Assembly (NCBI GenBank): GCA_964584125.1
Contig: CAZOYP010000003.1
Location: 1-49,496 of the forward strand
Direction: 5' to 3'
DNA: 49,496 nucleotides
Source: an uncultured Nitrospinaceae bacterium
Lineage (GTDB): Bacteria > Nitrospinota > Nitrospinia > Nitrospinales > VA-1
The notes beneath the pieces were generated by a model. The model saw only the letters and a list, made by a program, of their open reading frames with translations, had not been told where the DNA came from and did no database searches. Shown here piece after piece: positions 1-10,015 of the stretch; positions within the stretch are counted from its first letter, which is position 1, and each line of letters starts with the position of its first letter. A program made the translations under genes and the position numbers.

Positions 1-1376
1 GCAACTGGGTTTGAGATGGGGACCCCTGCATCCATGAGTGCTAGAGCACCGCCACATACTGAGGCCATAGATGATGAACCGTTGGACTCTAGAATGTCTG
101 AAACAATCCGAATGGTATATGGGAACTTCTCTCTATCTGGAAGAACGGACACTAAAGCCCTCTCAGCCAGCATTCCATGCCCAATTTCTCTTCGTCCAGG
201 ACCGCCAATGAACTTAGTTTCACCTGTACAAAATGCTGGGAAATTGTAGTGTAGGTAAAAATGTTTTGTACCTTTAAGTTCGAGAGTATCTAGTCGTTGC
301 TCATCTGAGTTGGTACCCAATGTCGCGCTTACTAAAGCTTGGGTTTCTCCACGAGTAAAAACAGATGATCCATGAACACGTGGAAGATAACCTGTTTTAA
401 TACTTATAGGACGAACTTCATTAAGATTTCTTCCATCAACACGCTTTTTCTTTTCTAAAATCATTTTGCGTACTACGTTTTTCTCAGCATCATGAAACAC
501 ATTGCCAAGCATTGCCTTCAAGTCTTCGTCTTCTTCTGAATTGATTTCAGCTTCTAAATCGGTTTTAATTTGGCTAACAGCATTTGTTCTTTCCTGTTTA
601 CCTGTTATTTCCATAGCTTGCTCAAGCTTTGGGCAAGCGATGCTGTTGACTCGCTCTTCCAAGGCGATATCGATTTCTTCCTGAACAACAGTAGCTTTTT
701 CTTTATTAATGCGTTCTTGAAGTTGAACTTGGAGATCAATTAGCTTTTTAATACGCTCATGCCCAAATTCTAGAGCGTTCATCATTTCTTCTTCACTAGC
801 CTCTTTAGCGCCTGCTTCTACCATAACAATACCATCTGCAGTTCCGGCCATGAGGAGCTGTATATCGCTTTTTTCGCTTTCTTCGTAGGTAGGATTGAAT
901 ACAAAATCACCTTCAACTCTACCAATGCGTGCTCCCGCAATTGGATTGTAAAAAGGAATATCCGAAATCATCAAAGCAGCAGAGGCACCGGTCATAGCAA
1001 TAATATCTGCAGGATTAACCTGATCGTGGGAAACGACAAAACAAACGAGCTGAGTTTCATTGCGGAATCCGTCAGGGAAAAGTGGGCGTAGCGGTCTGTC
1101 AATTAATCTACATGTAAGTGTTTCATAGTCACTAGGTCGAGCTTCTCTCTTTAAGTATCCGCCTGGAATTTTCCCAGCTGCGTAGGTTTTTTCTCTATAG
1201 TCTACAGTTAGAGGAAAAAAATCTATTCCTTCTCTCGGTTTTGGCGCCATCGTTGCTGCAACTAGAACCATTGTATCCCCTTGCCTTACAATAACTGAGC
1301 CACCAGCTTGTCTGGCCAGGTCGCCTGCTTCAAAAGATATAGTCCTTCCGTCAAGTTCAATTTCTACTTTTTCCAT
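1..1376 (-). CDS. pnp: Polyribonucleotide nucleotidyltransferase (PNPase), 5' part; runs off the left edge
   Basis: Manual translation from ATG at 1376 gives MEKVEIELDGRTISFEAGDLARQAGGSV...DFFPLTVDYREKTYAAGKIPGGYLKREARP...RVHGSSVFTRGETQAL. GGAG RBS upstream; lies downstream of rpsO. Not in the ORF track because it has no stop in the window. Confidence 0.97.
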   Translation of the reverse strand, partial: MEKVEIELDGRTISFEAGDLARQAGGSVIVRQGDTMVLVAATMAPKPREGIDFFPLTVDYREKTYAAGKIPGGYLKREARPSDYETLTCRLIDRPLRPLFPDGFRNETQLVCFVVSHDQVNPADIIAMTGASAALMISDIPFYNPIAGARIGRVEGDFVFNPTYEESEKSDIQLLMAGTADGIVMVEAGAKEASEEEMMNALEFGHERIKKLIDLQVQLQERINKEKATVVQEEIDIALEERVNSIACPKLEQAMEITGKQERTNAVSQIKTDLEAEINSEEDEDLKAMLGNVFHDAEKNVVRKMILEKKKRVDGRNLNEVRPISIKTGYLPRVHGSSVFTRGETQALVSATLGTNSDEQRLDTLELKGTKHFYLHYNFPAFCTGETKFIGGPGRREIGHGMLAERALVSVLPDREKFPYTIRIVSDILESNGSSSMASVCGGALALMDAGVPISNPV

Positions 1377-1398
1377 TCAAATTTTCTCCAAGTGTTTA

Positions 1399-1668
1399 TT
1401 AGCGTCTAATATTTAGACGTGAAATAATTTGCTGATATCTGTTTACATCTTCTTTTTTGAGGTGATCTAGTAACTTTCGCCGCCGACTAACAATTTTTAG
1501 AAGTCCTTGCCTAGAATGTTGATCTTTATTGTGGGACTTAAAATGATCGTTAAGATAATTGAGTCGATTGGTCAAAAGTGCTATTTGCACCTCTGAAGAA
1601 CCAGTATCATTGTCATGCAGTTTATAATCGGTAATGATATTTGTTTTCGTTTCCTTATCGAATGCCAT
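1399..1668 (-). CDS. rpsO: 30S ribosomal protein S15
   Basis: [13 protein letters not shown]...[22 protein letters not shown] signature, 89 aa, truB-rpsO-pnp synteny. Confidence 0.98.
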   Translation of the reverse strand: MAFDKETKTNIITDYKLHDNDTGSSEVQIALLTNRLNYLNDHFKSHNKDQHSRQGLLKIVSRRRKLLDHLKKEDVNRYQQIISRLNIRR

Positions 1669-1698
1669 TAAGCTTGTCCTATTAACAGGTTAGATATA

Positions 1699-1798
1699 GA
1701 GAATGACTGAAAAATGTTTTCGTAGAGGAAACTGTGGATATAGTATTTGATTGGTGCCCTTATGCTACTCCACCGCGAAAACATTTCAATCACCTCTC
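1699..1798 (-). promoter_or_regulatory. Long stem-loop in the rpsO 5' leader, candidate S15 autoregulatory RNA
   Basis: In mRNA sense, GAGAGGUGAUUGAAAUGUUUUCG pairs with CGAAAACAUUUUUCAGUCAUUCUC, with an inner GUGGA/UCCAC helix. It ends about 30 nt before the rpsO ATG. Confidence 0.6.
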
Positions 1799-1814
1799 TT
1801 AAAATATCAAAAAT

Positions 1815-2756
1815 TCAAGATAATACTCGTTTTGCTTTAAATACAATATCGTCTGGAGTTAGCTCAGAAAGTTTATCCTGATCTACCACAGGTTCAACAA
1901 CGGCAAGCACCTTGTCGTTATTTCCAAAAACCCGAAAGTACTGGCCAGGTTCAAAACGGTCGGGAAGAGTATCTAAAAAACATTTCGAAAGTGCTACTCC
2001 GTGAGAAACGGATTCGAGGTATTCTTGTTTTACACGGATCGCTGGGAGAAAGTTGAGGGCTTCTTCTAGTGGCAAAAGCTTTTTAGGCAGACTGCCTTCC
2101 TTATGTGCGTCTTTTAATTCTTCCAGAGTCAAGGTACGTCCTAAACCGAATAACCCAACCTTGGTTCGAGTCAATCGAACCATATGAGCATAACAACCCA
2201 ATTTTTTACCAATATCATGCGACAGAGTGCGAACGTAAGTTCCGGTAGAACATCGCACCTCAAATGAAATCTGATTTTTCTCCTTCTTTATAAAATCTAT
2301 TGAATATACAGTAACTTTAACGGGATTCCTAGCGATATTAATACCATTTCTGGCCAATTTGTAAAGAGGAATTCCATTTTTCTTTTTTGCTGAATACATT
2401 GGGGGAACTTGATCTTGTTCCCCAATAAATGTTTGAAAAACTTGTTTAACCATAGCTTGATTGACAAAGGATGGGTCCTTGATGGATATTTTTTGTCCTG
2501 TAGCGTCTTGAGTGTCAGTTTCTGAACCTAGTTCAAGAGTTGCTCGGTAGGTTTTTTGGAGAGGCGATAAAAATTGGATAATTCGCGTGGACCGGTTAAG
2601 ACATATGGGGAGGACTCCGTCCGCTGCAGGATCCAAAGTTCCAATATGTCCGGCTTTTTTAACGCCAAGAATTTTTCTAACCGACCATACCATATCAAAA
2701 GATGTGGGCCCCGCCGGCTTAAAAAGGTTTACTATGCTATCTTGAGTGTAGTCCAT
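1815..2756 (-). CDS. truB: tRNA pseudouridine(55) synthase TruB
   Basis: KAGHIGTLDP, QVPPMYSAKK and CSTGTYVRTL motifs; follows rbfA. Confidence 0.97.
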   Translation of the reverse strand: MDYTQDSIVNLFKPAGPTSFDMVWSVRKILGVKKAGHIGTLDPAADGVLPICLNRSTRIIQFLSPLQKTYRATLELGSETDTQDATGQKISIKDPSFVNQAMVKQVFQTFIGEQDQVPPMYSAKKKNGIPLYKLARNGINIARNPVKVTVYSIDFIKKEKNQISFEVRCSTGTYVRTLSHDIGKKLGCYAHMVRLTRTKVGLFGLGRTLTLEELKDAHKEGSLPKKLLPLEEALNFLPAIRVKQEYLESVSHGVALSKCFLDTLPDRFEPGQYFRVFGNNDKVLAVVEPVVDQDKLSELTPDDIVFKAKRVLS

Positions 2757-3081
2757 TGATAATTCTATTTATTTTGGCAACGTGATCCGCTGTTTCATCG
2801 AGTATAAATTCCAATACAGGAATATATCTAAGATTGAGGTCCTTACCTAGAGAACCTCTAATAAATCCAGATGCATTAGCTAGACCTTCAATAGTATTCT
2901 GCTGTTCGTGCTCTGTCCCTAAAACACTAATATAAACTTTTGCGTGCTTTAAATTATTGCTCAAATTGACCTCTGTTACTGTGGCAAAACCGATCCTTGG
3001 ATCTTTCAATCCCCTTTGAATTAGAGCTGAAATTTCTTGGAGTAGTAATTCCTGAATTTTTTCTGACCGTTTGAACCTCAT
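2737..3081 (-). CDS. rbfA: Ribosome-binding factor A
   Basis: LKDPRIGFATVTEV...AKVYIS...LRYIPVLEF; synteny. Confidence 0.96.
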   Translation of the reverse strand: MRFKRSEKIQELLLQEISALIQRGLKDPRIGFATVTEVNLSNNLKHAKVYISVLGTEHEQQNTIEGLANASGFIRGSLGKDLNLRYIPVLEFILDETADHVAKINRIINGLHSR

Positions 3082-3118
3082 AGCTTTGTGACAAAGTGAA
3101 GAAGATTAATCAGCTTGA

Positions 3119-3412
3119 TTATGGGCTCAGCCTAGAAATTTGGGTTTGGCAATCTATTATTTCCGCCAAATGCATTCTTTCAATGGCGACCACCAGTTTT
3201 CTCGATTGGCCCTCAAGGTACTTTGGATCCGAACTGACAGCTACGATTCCAATATGTAAGCTTTGCCAAAGATTCTGATCTCCTACTTCGGCAATCGATA
3301 TGTTAAAGCTGTTTTTTAATCGGTCTTTAAGAGATCGAACGATACGTCTTTTCCCCTTTAAAGAGTGGTTCTCGTGAAGAAAAAACTTTATAGAGCAGCA
3401 ACTAACATACAT
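3119..3412 (-). CDS. DUF503 (YlxP-like) protein
   Basis: HSLKGKRRIVRSLKDRLKNSFNISIAEV motif; typical position between infB and rbfA. Confidence 0.88.
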   Translation of the reverse strand: MYVSCCSIKFFLHENHSLKGKRRIVRSLKDRLKNSFNISIAEVGDQNLWQSLHIGIVAVSSDPKYLEGQSRKLVVAIERMHLAEIIDCQTQISRLSP

Positions 3413-3521
3413 AATAAAACTTAACTACAGAATGAATTTGTTGAGATTAAGGTGCCTATATTTAAAATACTTAAGTTACGTCCATAAAAAAAGAGGAATT
3501 AGGTCAGAGAGTATTATTTTG

Positions 3522-5879
3522 TCAACGCTGGATTTCTTCTAAAACAAAAGCTTCTATAATGTCACCTTGCTTTATATCCTGAAAATTTTCTAGAGAAATT
3601 CCACATTCGTAACCTTGTTGGACCTCCTTCACATCTTCTTTGAAACGTCTTATTGAAATAATTTTCCCTTGATAAACCACAACGCTATCACGAATAAGCC
3701 TAGTATCGAGATTGCGTTCCATTTTTCCTTGAGATACATGGCATCCAGCAATTGATCCTATTCTTGGGAGATTAAATACTTCTCTTACTTCAGATCGACC
3801 AATAACTAGTTCTTTGAACTTTGGAGCGAGCATGCCTTCTAGAGCTTTCTTCATATCTTCAATAGCTTCGTATATTACGCTATACAATCGAACGTCTATT
3901 TTTTCTCGTGTTGCTAATTCGTCTGCTTTATCTGTTGGGCGCACATTAAACCCGATAGTAATTGCGTTAGATGCACTTGACAAAAGAATGTCGGATTCTG
4001 TTATTCCCCCAACTCCATCATGAATTATTTTAAATCGGATTTCTTCGGTCTCTAACTTTGAGAAGGCTTCCTGTACTGCGGAAATTGAACCTTGAGTATC
4101 AGCTTTAACCACAAGATTAAGTACTTGAATTTTACCTTCTATGATTTGCTCGTGAAGATCTTCCATAGTTACTTTAGCGGATTCGGCTAATTGTACTTCT
4201 CGCCTTTTTTTGAGCCGCATTTCACTGTATTGCCTTGCTTTTCGTTCATCTTCAACTACATAAAACTTATCTCCTGGTTGAGGAACCTCAGGTATTCCTA
4301 CTATTTCTACTGGTATAGACGGGGCGGCTTTTGGGGTTTTATCACCATTATCGTTAATCAGTGCCCGCACCTTTCCAAAATAAGGCCCGACAACAAAAGG
4401 TTGCCCCACCTTAAGTGTTCCCTTTTGTACTATTACTGTGGCAATAGGACCTCTTCCTTTATCTAGTTTTGATTCAATTACAACACCTTGCGGGCGGAGA
4501 GTTGGGTTTGCTTTTAGTTCCATGATTTCAGCTTGCAGGATAATCAGCTCTAAGAGGTGATCGATTCCTGTACTTTGTAATGCAGAAACCTCTGTGAACA
4601 TTGTCTGTCCACCCCAGTCCTCAGGCAACAACCCTATTTCAGCCAGTTGTTTTTTTACCTCTTCTGGCTTGGCTCCAGGTTTATCAATTTTATTAATAGC
4701 AACCAAAATGGGCACATTGCCTGCGTGGGCATGGTCTATCGCCTCTTTCGTTTGAGGTTTAATTCCATCATCAGCAGCAACTACTAAAATGACGATGTCT
4801 GTTACCTGCGCTCCGCGGGCACGCATTGCTGTGAATGCCTCATGCCCAGGAGTGTCAAGAAAAGTAATGAATTGATCTTTAACTTTTGCTCGGTAGGCCC
4901 CTATATGTTGAGTGATACCACCCGCTTCAGCGTTAGTGAGATTGGTTTTTCTCACGGCGTCAAGCAATGATGTTTTCCCATGGTCAACATGTCCCATAAT
5001 TGTTACGATTGGCGGTCGAAGGCAAACATCTTTGGGATCTTCTTTTTCTTCTTCTTCAAAGTCAATAGCCGATTTATCCTTGATCAATTCAACCTCAAAA
5101 CCCCGTTGATCTGCTACTTTTGAGGCAACCTCGAAGCTTAGGCTTTGGTTTATGGTGGTCATGACACCTAGATTCATTAATTCTTTAATCACATCGTTAG
5201 GAGAGCAGCGCAATTTTTCTGCCAAGTCGCGAATCATTATGTTTTCTGGAAGTTGAACAACTTCAAAACTCTCTTCTTGAACTTCAGCGGGTAATGGCTC
5301 GGGTTTAAGTATTTCAGTAGGGGCTTCTTGTTGGGTTTCCTTTTTTACTGATTTTTTTGGGCTGGATACAGGTTTTGCTTTAGTGGGGGTAGGTTTTTTT
5401 TCGACTTCCGTGGGCTTCTCTTCGTGTTTTACAATTTTGAGCCCAAGTTTTTTAGCGACTTTAACAGGTTCATTAATAGGTTCTTTAACAGGCTCTTTTT
5501 TTGTTCGTTTTTTTGTCGAAGATTTACTGACAGTTTTAACAACGGTTGTTTTTTTTACAGTGGTAGTAGATTTTTTAGTGGTTTTTTTTACGGTCTTGGG
5601 TTTTACTTCGGGGCCTTTCTTTTTGGTAGTTGCTTTCTTTTTAACTACTCTAGCCTTTTTTGGAGTACTTTTTTTGGTTGCTTTCTTAGTGGCTTTTGAA
5701 GGCGTCTTTTTAGTTGCAGGTTTAGGATTAAATAAATTGCGGATTTGGTCTGCAATTGCCTCATCTATAGAGCTCATATAATTCTTAACAGCATGTCCCT
5801 TATCTTCAAGGGCGTCTAAGATCTGATCATTTTGAATGTTGAGTTCTAAGGCCAACTTATTAATGCGAATTTTCGCCAA
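3522..5879 (-). CDS. infB: Translation initiation factor IF-2
   Basis: [28 protein letters not shown] and NKID GTPase motifs; K/T-rich N-terminal linker; TTG start with GGAGG RBS. Confidence 0.98.
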   Translation of the reverse strand: MAKIRINKLALELNIQNDQILDALEDKGHAVKNYMSSIDEAIADQIRNLFNPKPATKKTPSKATKKATKKSTPKKARVVKKKATTKKKGPEVKPKTVKKTTKKSTTTVKKTTVVKTVSKSSTKKRTKKEPVKEPINEPVKVAKKLGLKIVKHEEKPTEVEKKPTPTKAKPVSSPKKSVKKETQQEAPTEILKPEPLPAEVQEESFEVVQLPENIMIRDLAEKLRCSPNDVIKELMNLGVMTTINQSLSFEVASKVADQRGFEVELIKDKSAIDFEEEEKEDPKDVCLRPPIVTIMGHVDHGKTSLLDAVRKTNLTNAEAGGITQHIGAYRAKVKDQFITFLDTPGHEAFTAMRARGAQVTDIVILVVAADDGIKPQTKEAIDHAHAGNVPILVAINKIDKPGAKPEEVKKQLAEIGLLPEDWGGQTMFTEVSALQSTGIDHLLELIILQAEIMELKANPTLRPQGVVIESKLDKGRGPIATVIVQKGTLKVGQPFVVGPYFGKVRALINDNGDKTPKAAPSIPVEIVGIPEVPQPGDKFYVVEDERKARQYSEMRLKKRREVQLAESAKVTMEDLHEQIIEGKIQVLNLVVKADTQGSISAVQEAFSKLETEEIRFKIIHDGVGGITESDILLSSASNAITIGFNVRPTDKADELATREKIDVRLYSVIYEAIEDMKKALEGMLAPKFKELVIGRSEVREVFNLPRIGSIAGCHVSQGKMERNLDTRLIRDSVVVYQGKIISIRRFKEDVKEVQQGYECGISLENFQDIKQGDIIEAFVLEEIQR

Positions 5880-5952
5880 AAAAAACCTCCTAAACCGATT
5901 AAAATTTTTATAATTAGTTTATAGCATGTTGCGTGCCCTTTAGATTCAGAAG

Positions 5953-7506
5953 CTACTCATCAGCTAATTGCTTTTTTGCTTGTTCAATAATTCCTGTGGC
6001 GGTTTCCAAGTCTATTCCATCGATTTCCATCAGCTCCTCTTTCTTCGTTATTGAAAGTTCTGCAAGTGTTTCAAATCCGTTTTTAAGAAGACTTTCTATT
6101 GCCAATGAAGAAACTTTAAGTAATTGGTTTATAGGAATTTCTTGTTCTTCTTGTTCTTCTTGTTCTTCAGAAGTTTCAGTTATTTGGGTTTCCTTATCAG
6201 TTTCTGTTGAACTCTCACTTTCTGCTTGTTTTTTTATGATTTTTTTTGCAAATTTTAGAATCAATTCTGCTTTTTTAGGCCCTATGCCGGGCAGAGTAGA
6301 CAACCCTTTTATCCCTTGTTCCACTACATTCAGAGCAGTAACGACGTTGCCTTCAAAAAGAATAGCTGTGATTTTTTCTCCCAATCCTTTTGCTGTATTA
6401 ATTTCACTTAAAAAACTAGCGCCAGAAGTAAGTTTTTTGGTCGCTGGCAATAGACTTGAAATATTTAACGTCTCATTGCTTTCCGACTGACCTTTAATAT
6501 CTATCTTAAGTTTAACTAATTTTGCTGCTAGTCTGACATTTTGTCCTTTTTTGCCAATCGCAAGTGACATCTGGTCATCTGCAACAATAATGGTCATCTG
6601 ATCATTCTCGCTGTTTTTAATTATACGCGAGACTTTGGCTGGGCTAAGGGCGTTTTTAATAAATACTTCTGGGTCGTCTGAGTATTCTACAATATCAATT
6701 TTTTCTCCGCGGAGTTCCTGTACGATCGATTGGACCCGCATGCCTCGCATTCCAACGCAAGCTCCAACTGCATCTACATCTCGGTCATTTGTTTTGACTG
6801 CTATTTTAGTTCTCCCATTGGGTTCACGTACAACCCCCATTATTTCTATTATTCCTTCATTAATTTCAGGTACTTCTAACTCGAATAGGTTTCTAATAAG
6901 GCCTGTGTGCGTTCGGGAGAGAATCACAGTGGCATTGCGAGCTGTTTTCCCAATATCAAGAACATAAGCACGGATACGGTCTCCACGACTGAATGATTCA
7001 CGAAACACTTGCTCTCTCCTTGGAAGGATTCCCTCTGCTTTTCCCAGATCAACAATAATATCGCCACCTTGAAAATGCTGAACAATTCCATTAATTAATT
7101 CGCCTTTTTTATCTTGAAAGTCTTTGTAAATAATATCAATTTCTGCTTCACGTACTTTTTGCACGATCACTTGTTTTGCTAACTGTGCGGCGATGCGACC
7201 AAAATTTTCAATTGGTACTGGGATGAGAACACTTTCCCCTATTTCAACTTTAGGGTTTATTGATTGGGCATCTTCTAATGAAATTTCTTCTTCAGGACTG
7301 TTTATTTTACTGGCAATAGTTTTTTCAGAAAATACCTCTACTTCTCCCGTTTCACGATTGAATTCGATTTGTAGAGGGCGCGTCGTTTCTAATTTTTTCC
7401 GTGCAGCCGTTTCCATGGCGTTTTTAAGGGCGTTGATCAAAATTTCCTCATCAATACCCTTTTCTCTGCCTAGCTGGCTTATAATTTCTAAAACTTCTTT
7501 GTTCAT
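5953..7506 (-). CDS. nusA: Transcription termination/antitermination factor NusA with C-terminal helix-hairpin-helix repeats
   Basis: FGRIAAQLAKQVI, S1/KH motifs (GACVGMRGMR, AIGKKGQNVRLA), C-terminal LPGIGPKKA and IDGIDLETA HhH-like motifs. Confidence 0.97.
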   Translation of the reverse strand: MNKEVLEIISQLGREKGIDEEILINALKNAMETAARKKLETTRPLQIEFNRETGEVEVFSEKTIASKINSPEEEISLEDAQSINPKVEIGESVLIPVPIENFGRIAAQLAKQVIVQKVREAEIDIIYKDFQDKKGELINGIVQHFQGGDIIVDLGKAEGILPRREQVFRESFSRGDRIRAYVLDIGKTARNATVILSRTHTGLIRNLFELEVPEINEGIIEIMGVVREPNGRTKIAVKTNDRDVDAVGACVGMRGMRVQSIVQELRGEKIDIVEYSDDPEVFIKNALSPAKVSRIIKNSENDQMTIIVADDQMSLAIGKKGQNVRLAAKLVKLKIDIKGQSESNETLNISSLLPATKKLTSGASFLSEINTAKGLGEKITAILFEGNVVTALNVVEQGIKGLSTLPGIGPKKAELILKFAKKIIKKQAESESSTETDKETQITETSEEQEEQEEQEIPINQLLKVSSLAIESLLKNGFETLAELSITKKEELMEIDGIDLETATGIIEQAKKQLADE

Positions 7507-7512
7507 GGTATT

Positions 7513-7974
7513 TTAAAACTCTACAATCAATTTAGCCTGCGCAATATCAGTTAATGGAACTTTTAAAATATCCTTTCTATCCTCTAAAAATAGAGTGTCC
7601 TTTGAAAAATCTATAACGGTACCTACATTTTCTTTTTTATTATTAATGGGTAAATAGGTTTTTATCCTAATTCGCTTTCCTTTATTTCTTAGAAAGTCGG
7701 CTTCTTTTTTAAGTGGTCGGTCTAGACCGGGGGAAGAAACCTCCAGAATATAGTGGCTGTCTATCAATTCGTGGATTTCAATTAAGTCTTCAATTTCTCG
7801 ACTTAATTCTTGACAGTCGTGAACTGTAATCCCTTGATTTTTTTCAACTAATACTCTTAGAGTCCAATTTTCCTCAATTTTTTTGTACTCAACATCAACC
7901 AATTCTATGTTTTTTTTTCTGAGAGTTGGTTGAATAAGATCGGTAACTGAATGATAAGTAGAGGTTTTTTTCAT
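7513..7974 (-). CDS. rimP: Ribosome maturation factor RimP
   Basis: YILEVSSPGLDRPL motif; first gene of the rimP-nusA-infB operon. Confidence 0.96.
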   Translation of the reverse strand: MKKTSTYHSVTDLIQPTLRKKNIELVDVEYKKIEENWTLRVLVEKNQGITVHDCQELSREIEDLIEIHELIDSHYILEVSSPGLDRPLKKEADFLRNKGKRIRIKTYLPINNKKENVGTVIDFSKDTLFLEDRKDILKVPLTDIAQAKLIVEF

Positions 7975-8085
7975 GCTCCAGCAGCAAGTATATTTAACTA
8001 CTTCTGTTTATGCTCTAGTTATGCCAATCTCTTTTTTCCCATGGGTTAGGAATTGGCAATTCGCATTATCATTTCTATTAAAAGC

Positions 8086-8113
8086 AAAAAAAAAGCGTGG
8101 CATAAGCCGCGCT
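8086..8113 (-). terminator. Intrinsic terminator/attenuator in the rimP leader
   Basis: AGCGCGGC-UUAU-GCCACGCU stem (one mismatch) followed by a U-run on the minus strand. Confidence 0.7.
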
Positions 8114-8145
8114 CTTAGAAAGGAACCAACTCTTTAACAGAAAAA

Positions 8146-8174
8146 ACTATACTAAAAGGGGGTAAGTGTTGCAA
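8146..8174 (-). promoter_or_regulatory. Sigma70-type promoter of the rimP-nusA-infB operon
   Basis: TTGCAA (8174-8169), 17-nt spacer, TATAGT (8151-8146). Confidence 0.65.
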
Positions 8175-8207
8175 GGGAAAAGTTTTTCTACTGAGGGGTA
8201 ACAATTT

Positions 8208-9917
8208 TTACAGTTTTGATAGGATTTCACAAACACCTTTGATTTCTTCTGGATATGAAACTAACAGAGATTCGCCATTTTTTCTTAGTTTTATTTCTAT
8301 TTTTCCTTCACTTAGGCTTTTTAGGCCGACGACTATTTGCATTGGAATGCCAAGGAGTTCTGCGTCTTTGAATTTTGCACCCAACCTGTCTGGGCGGTCA
8401 TCAAGTAAAGCCTCCACCCCCATTTCCAAAAGTGTTTCATAAATATTTTTTGCTGCCGAACTTACGGTATCGTTAGAAAAATTGACTGGGAGTATGATAG
8501 CTTGAAAAGGTGCAAGAGGGGGAGGCCAAGTGATTCCTTTCTCATCATGGTTTTGCTCAATGGCAGCAGCAGCTGTCCGGCCTACTCCTATCCCGTAGCA
8601 ACCCATGATCATAGGTTTTTCTTTCCCTTTATCGTCCAAGTATAAGGCTTGCATGGATTCGGTGTATTTTTTTCCTAGAATAAAAATATGGCCCACCTCG
8701 ATGCCCCGTTTTAATTTAAACTTCCCTGCATCGCATTTAGGGCATGGGTCATCTTCGTTGATATTCCTGATATCGCCTACTTTTTCAACGCTCAGATCTC
8801 GAGAAAACTGAACTCCGGTCAAATGGGTATCTATTTTGTTTGCCCCTGTGATACTGTTGGACATTAGTGGAACTTCTTTATCAGCAAAAACTTTAAGCTT
8901 AATCTTGACAGGACCTAAATATCCGCAAGGCAATCCAGTTGTTTTTGTAATTAAGCCTTCTGATGCGGGAGCAAGCCATTCGCAGTTGACCAGATTCTTC
9001 AGTTTGATTAGATTGATTTCTCGGTCGCCTCTAACGAGTCCCGCAATTAGTCCCTGTTCTGTTTCAAATACTACTGTTTTAATAATTGTTTTAGGGGAGA
9101 CTTGCAGAAATTGGGTTATATCTTCGATTGATTTTTTTTTGGGTGTAGCAATTTCTTTTAAGTCTTCCAGAAATGAAGAGGTAGTAACTGTTACAGTGTT
9201 TTTTGACTCAGCTTTTTCAAGATTTGAGGCGTAATCGCATTTATCGCAGAACCCAACACAATCTTCTCCAGAATTTGCAAGTACTACAAATTCGTGAGAA
9301 AAGTTTCCTCCAATTGTTCCGCTATCGGCCTCGACCATTTTAAAATCCAGCCCACATCTCTCAAAAATTCTGGAGTAAGCATTTGCCATGTTTGAATAAG
9401 TTTCGCGGGTGCATTCCTCGGTTGTATGGAAACTGTAGGCATCTTTCATTGTAAATTCGCGTCCACGCATAATTCCAAAACGGGGTCTGACTTCATCTCG
9501 AAATTTTGTTTGAATTTGGTACAAGGTGATAGGCAGTTGTCGGTAGGACCTAACGTCACGGCGAACGATATCTGTAACAACTTCTTCGTGAGTCGGCCCA
9601 TAACAAAATTCGCGGTCGTTTCTGTCTTTGAAGCGTAATAACTCCTTTCCATAAAAATCCCAGCGACCACTCTCTGTCCATAATTCCGCTGGTTGGACAC
9701 TAGGAAGAAAGATTTCTTGTCCACCAATCTGATCCATTTCTTCCCTGATGATATGTTCGACTTTCCTAAACACTCTTAGACCCAAAGGTAAAACTGAATA
9801 AATGCCAGCGGCCACTTGGCGAATCATTCCAGCGCGGACCATAAGCTGATGGCTAATTACCTCTGCATCAGCTGGGGACTCTTTTAGAGTAGGTATCAAT
9901 AGTTTTGAATAATACAT
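8208..9917 (-). CDS. proS: Proline--tRNA ligase (bacterial type with editing domain)
   Basis: GPTHEEV, QIQTKFRDEVRPRFG, GIEVGHIF and MGCYGIGVGR motifs. Confidence 0.98.
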   Translation of the reverse strand: MYYSKLLIPTLKESPADAEVISHQLMVRAGMIRQVAAGIYSVLPLGLRVFRKVEHIIREEMDQIGGQEIFLPSVQPAELWTESGRWDFYGKELLRFKDRNDREFCYGPTHEEVVTDIVRRDVRSYRQLPITLYQIQTKFRDEVRPRFGIMRGREFTMKDAYSFHTTEECTRETYSNMANAYSRIFERCGLDFKMVEADSGTIGGNFSHEFVVLANSGEDCVGFCDKCDYASNLEKAESKNTVTVTTSSFLEDLKEIATPKKKSIEDITQFLQVSPKTIIKTVVFETEQGLIAGLVRGDREINLIKLKNLVNCEWLAPASEGLITKTTGLPCGYLGPVKIKLKVFADKEVPLMSNSITGANKIDTHLTGVQFSRDLSVEKVGDIRNINEDDPCPKCDAGKFKLKRGIEVGHIFILGKKYTESMQALYLDDKGKEKPMIMGCYGIGVGRTAAAAIEQNHDEKGITWPPPLAPFQAIILPVNFSNDTVSSAAKNIYETLLEMGVEALLDDRPDRLGAKFKDAELLGIPMQIVVGLKSLSEGKIEIKLRKNGESLLVSYPEEIKGVCEILSKL

Positions 9918-10015
9918 AGTGATAAGTTTTTTAAGTCTATGACTTTTTGATCGCTACTAGGTTTTCTGAGGTATTTTTTTTGTTTAAGTAAAAACTATTC
10001 TCACGAAAGATGTGT

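Noticed and set aside
16-684. Plus-strand ORFs 16..249 and 502..684
   Set aside because: Antisense shadows of pnp, which occupies 1-1376 on the minus strand
5380-5730. Low-complexity KKT/KT repeats in IF2
   Set aside because: Variable charged linkers are normal in IF2 N-termini; no exact DNA repeat unit
5383-5781. Hydrophobic plus-strand ORFs (132 aa and 91 aa) resembling membrane proteins
   Set aside because: Mirror of the Lys/Thr-rich IF2 linker: AAA codons read as TTT on the opposite strand
5933-7516. Plus-strand ORFs of 107-185 aa opposite nusA
   Set aside because: Antisense shadows with no recognizable motifs
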